Assembly: GCA_964354155.1 (NCBI GenBank)
Contig: CAYGYG010000001.1
Location: 139,121-203,120, forward strand
DNA length: 64,000 nt
Direction of reading: 5' to 3'
DNA from: an uncultured bacterium
Lineage (GTDB): Bacteria > Hydrothermota > Tepidihabitantia > SM23-42 > CAYGYG01
The notes beneath the pieces are model-generated. The model searched no databases. It was not told the DNA's origin and was given only the letters and a program-made list of their open reading frames with translations. Position numbers and translations under genes: made by a program. Shown piece after piece: positions 63,834-64,000 of this stretch. The stretch's first letter is position 1. Every line of letters starts with the position of its first letter.

Positions 63834-64000
63834 CTACTTCTTCAAGACTAAGATGAGGAGTAGTACAACCATCACAAAGACGGAGCTGGTAATGATCATG
63901 AGGAAGAGCCGGATAAGACTCCGGTTCTTCTTCATGTCGTTGTCGTGTCCCATCACATAATTGATGAGGAAGTTTTCCAGGCGCGAGATCGCGGTCTTGG
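63834..64000 (-). CDS. C-terminal part of a tail-anchored hypothetical protein
   Basis: Hand translation ...KTAISRLENFLINYVMGHDNDMKKNRSLIRLFLMIITSSVFVMVVLLLILVLKK*, open to the window end. Confidence 0.55.
   Translation of the reverse strand, partial: KTAISRLENFLINYVMGHDNDMKKNRSLIRLFLMIITSSVFVMVVLLLILVLKK

Overview
A gene-dense, moderately GC-rich chromosomal window from a diderm anaerobe-like bacterium. Gene content (nine proteins with T9SS/FlgD-type C-terminal sorting domains, two C25 gingipain-like peptidases, a DUF6754 operon, DUF362/polyferredoxin, GH57, selA-selB) suggests an FCB-related candidate lineage such as WOR-3; this is inference only. It carries housekeeping genes (fabD, sppA, an RsmF-like methyltransferase, uppP, selAB, fcl), tRNA-Ile2(CAT), tRNA-Ala(GGC) and several MITE/REP-like intergenic elements. 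No CRISPR array, transposase, integrase or reverse transcriptase was seen. The most notable observations are: (1) a tandem array of four paralogous secreted Asp-box propeller genes plus a relic, with mosaic gene-conversion tracts; one member is broken only by a single in-frame UGA followed by a SECIS-like hairpin, about 10 kb from selAB; (2) sigma70-type promoters with a 16-bp rather than 17-bp spacer in 16 of 18 clear cases; (3) an uncharacterised four-gene membrane-complex operon (DUF6754); (4) a DUF6599-DUF362-polyferredoxin operon followed by a SprA-like barrel, plus a DUF362 paralog carrying both a Tat signal and a sorting tail; (5) a structured leader of about 180 nt behind a perfect promoter; (6) ultra-short uncharged signal peptides. 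Family names come from motif recognition by eye, not from database searches.
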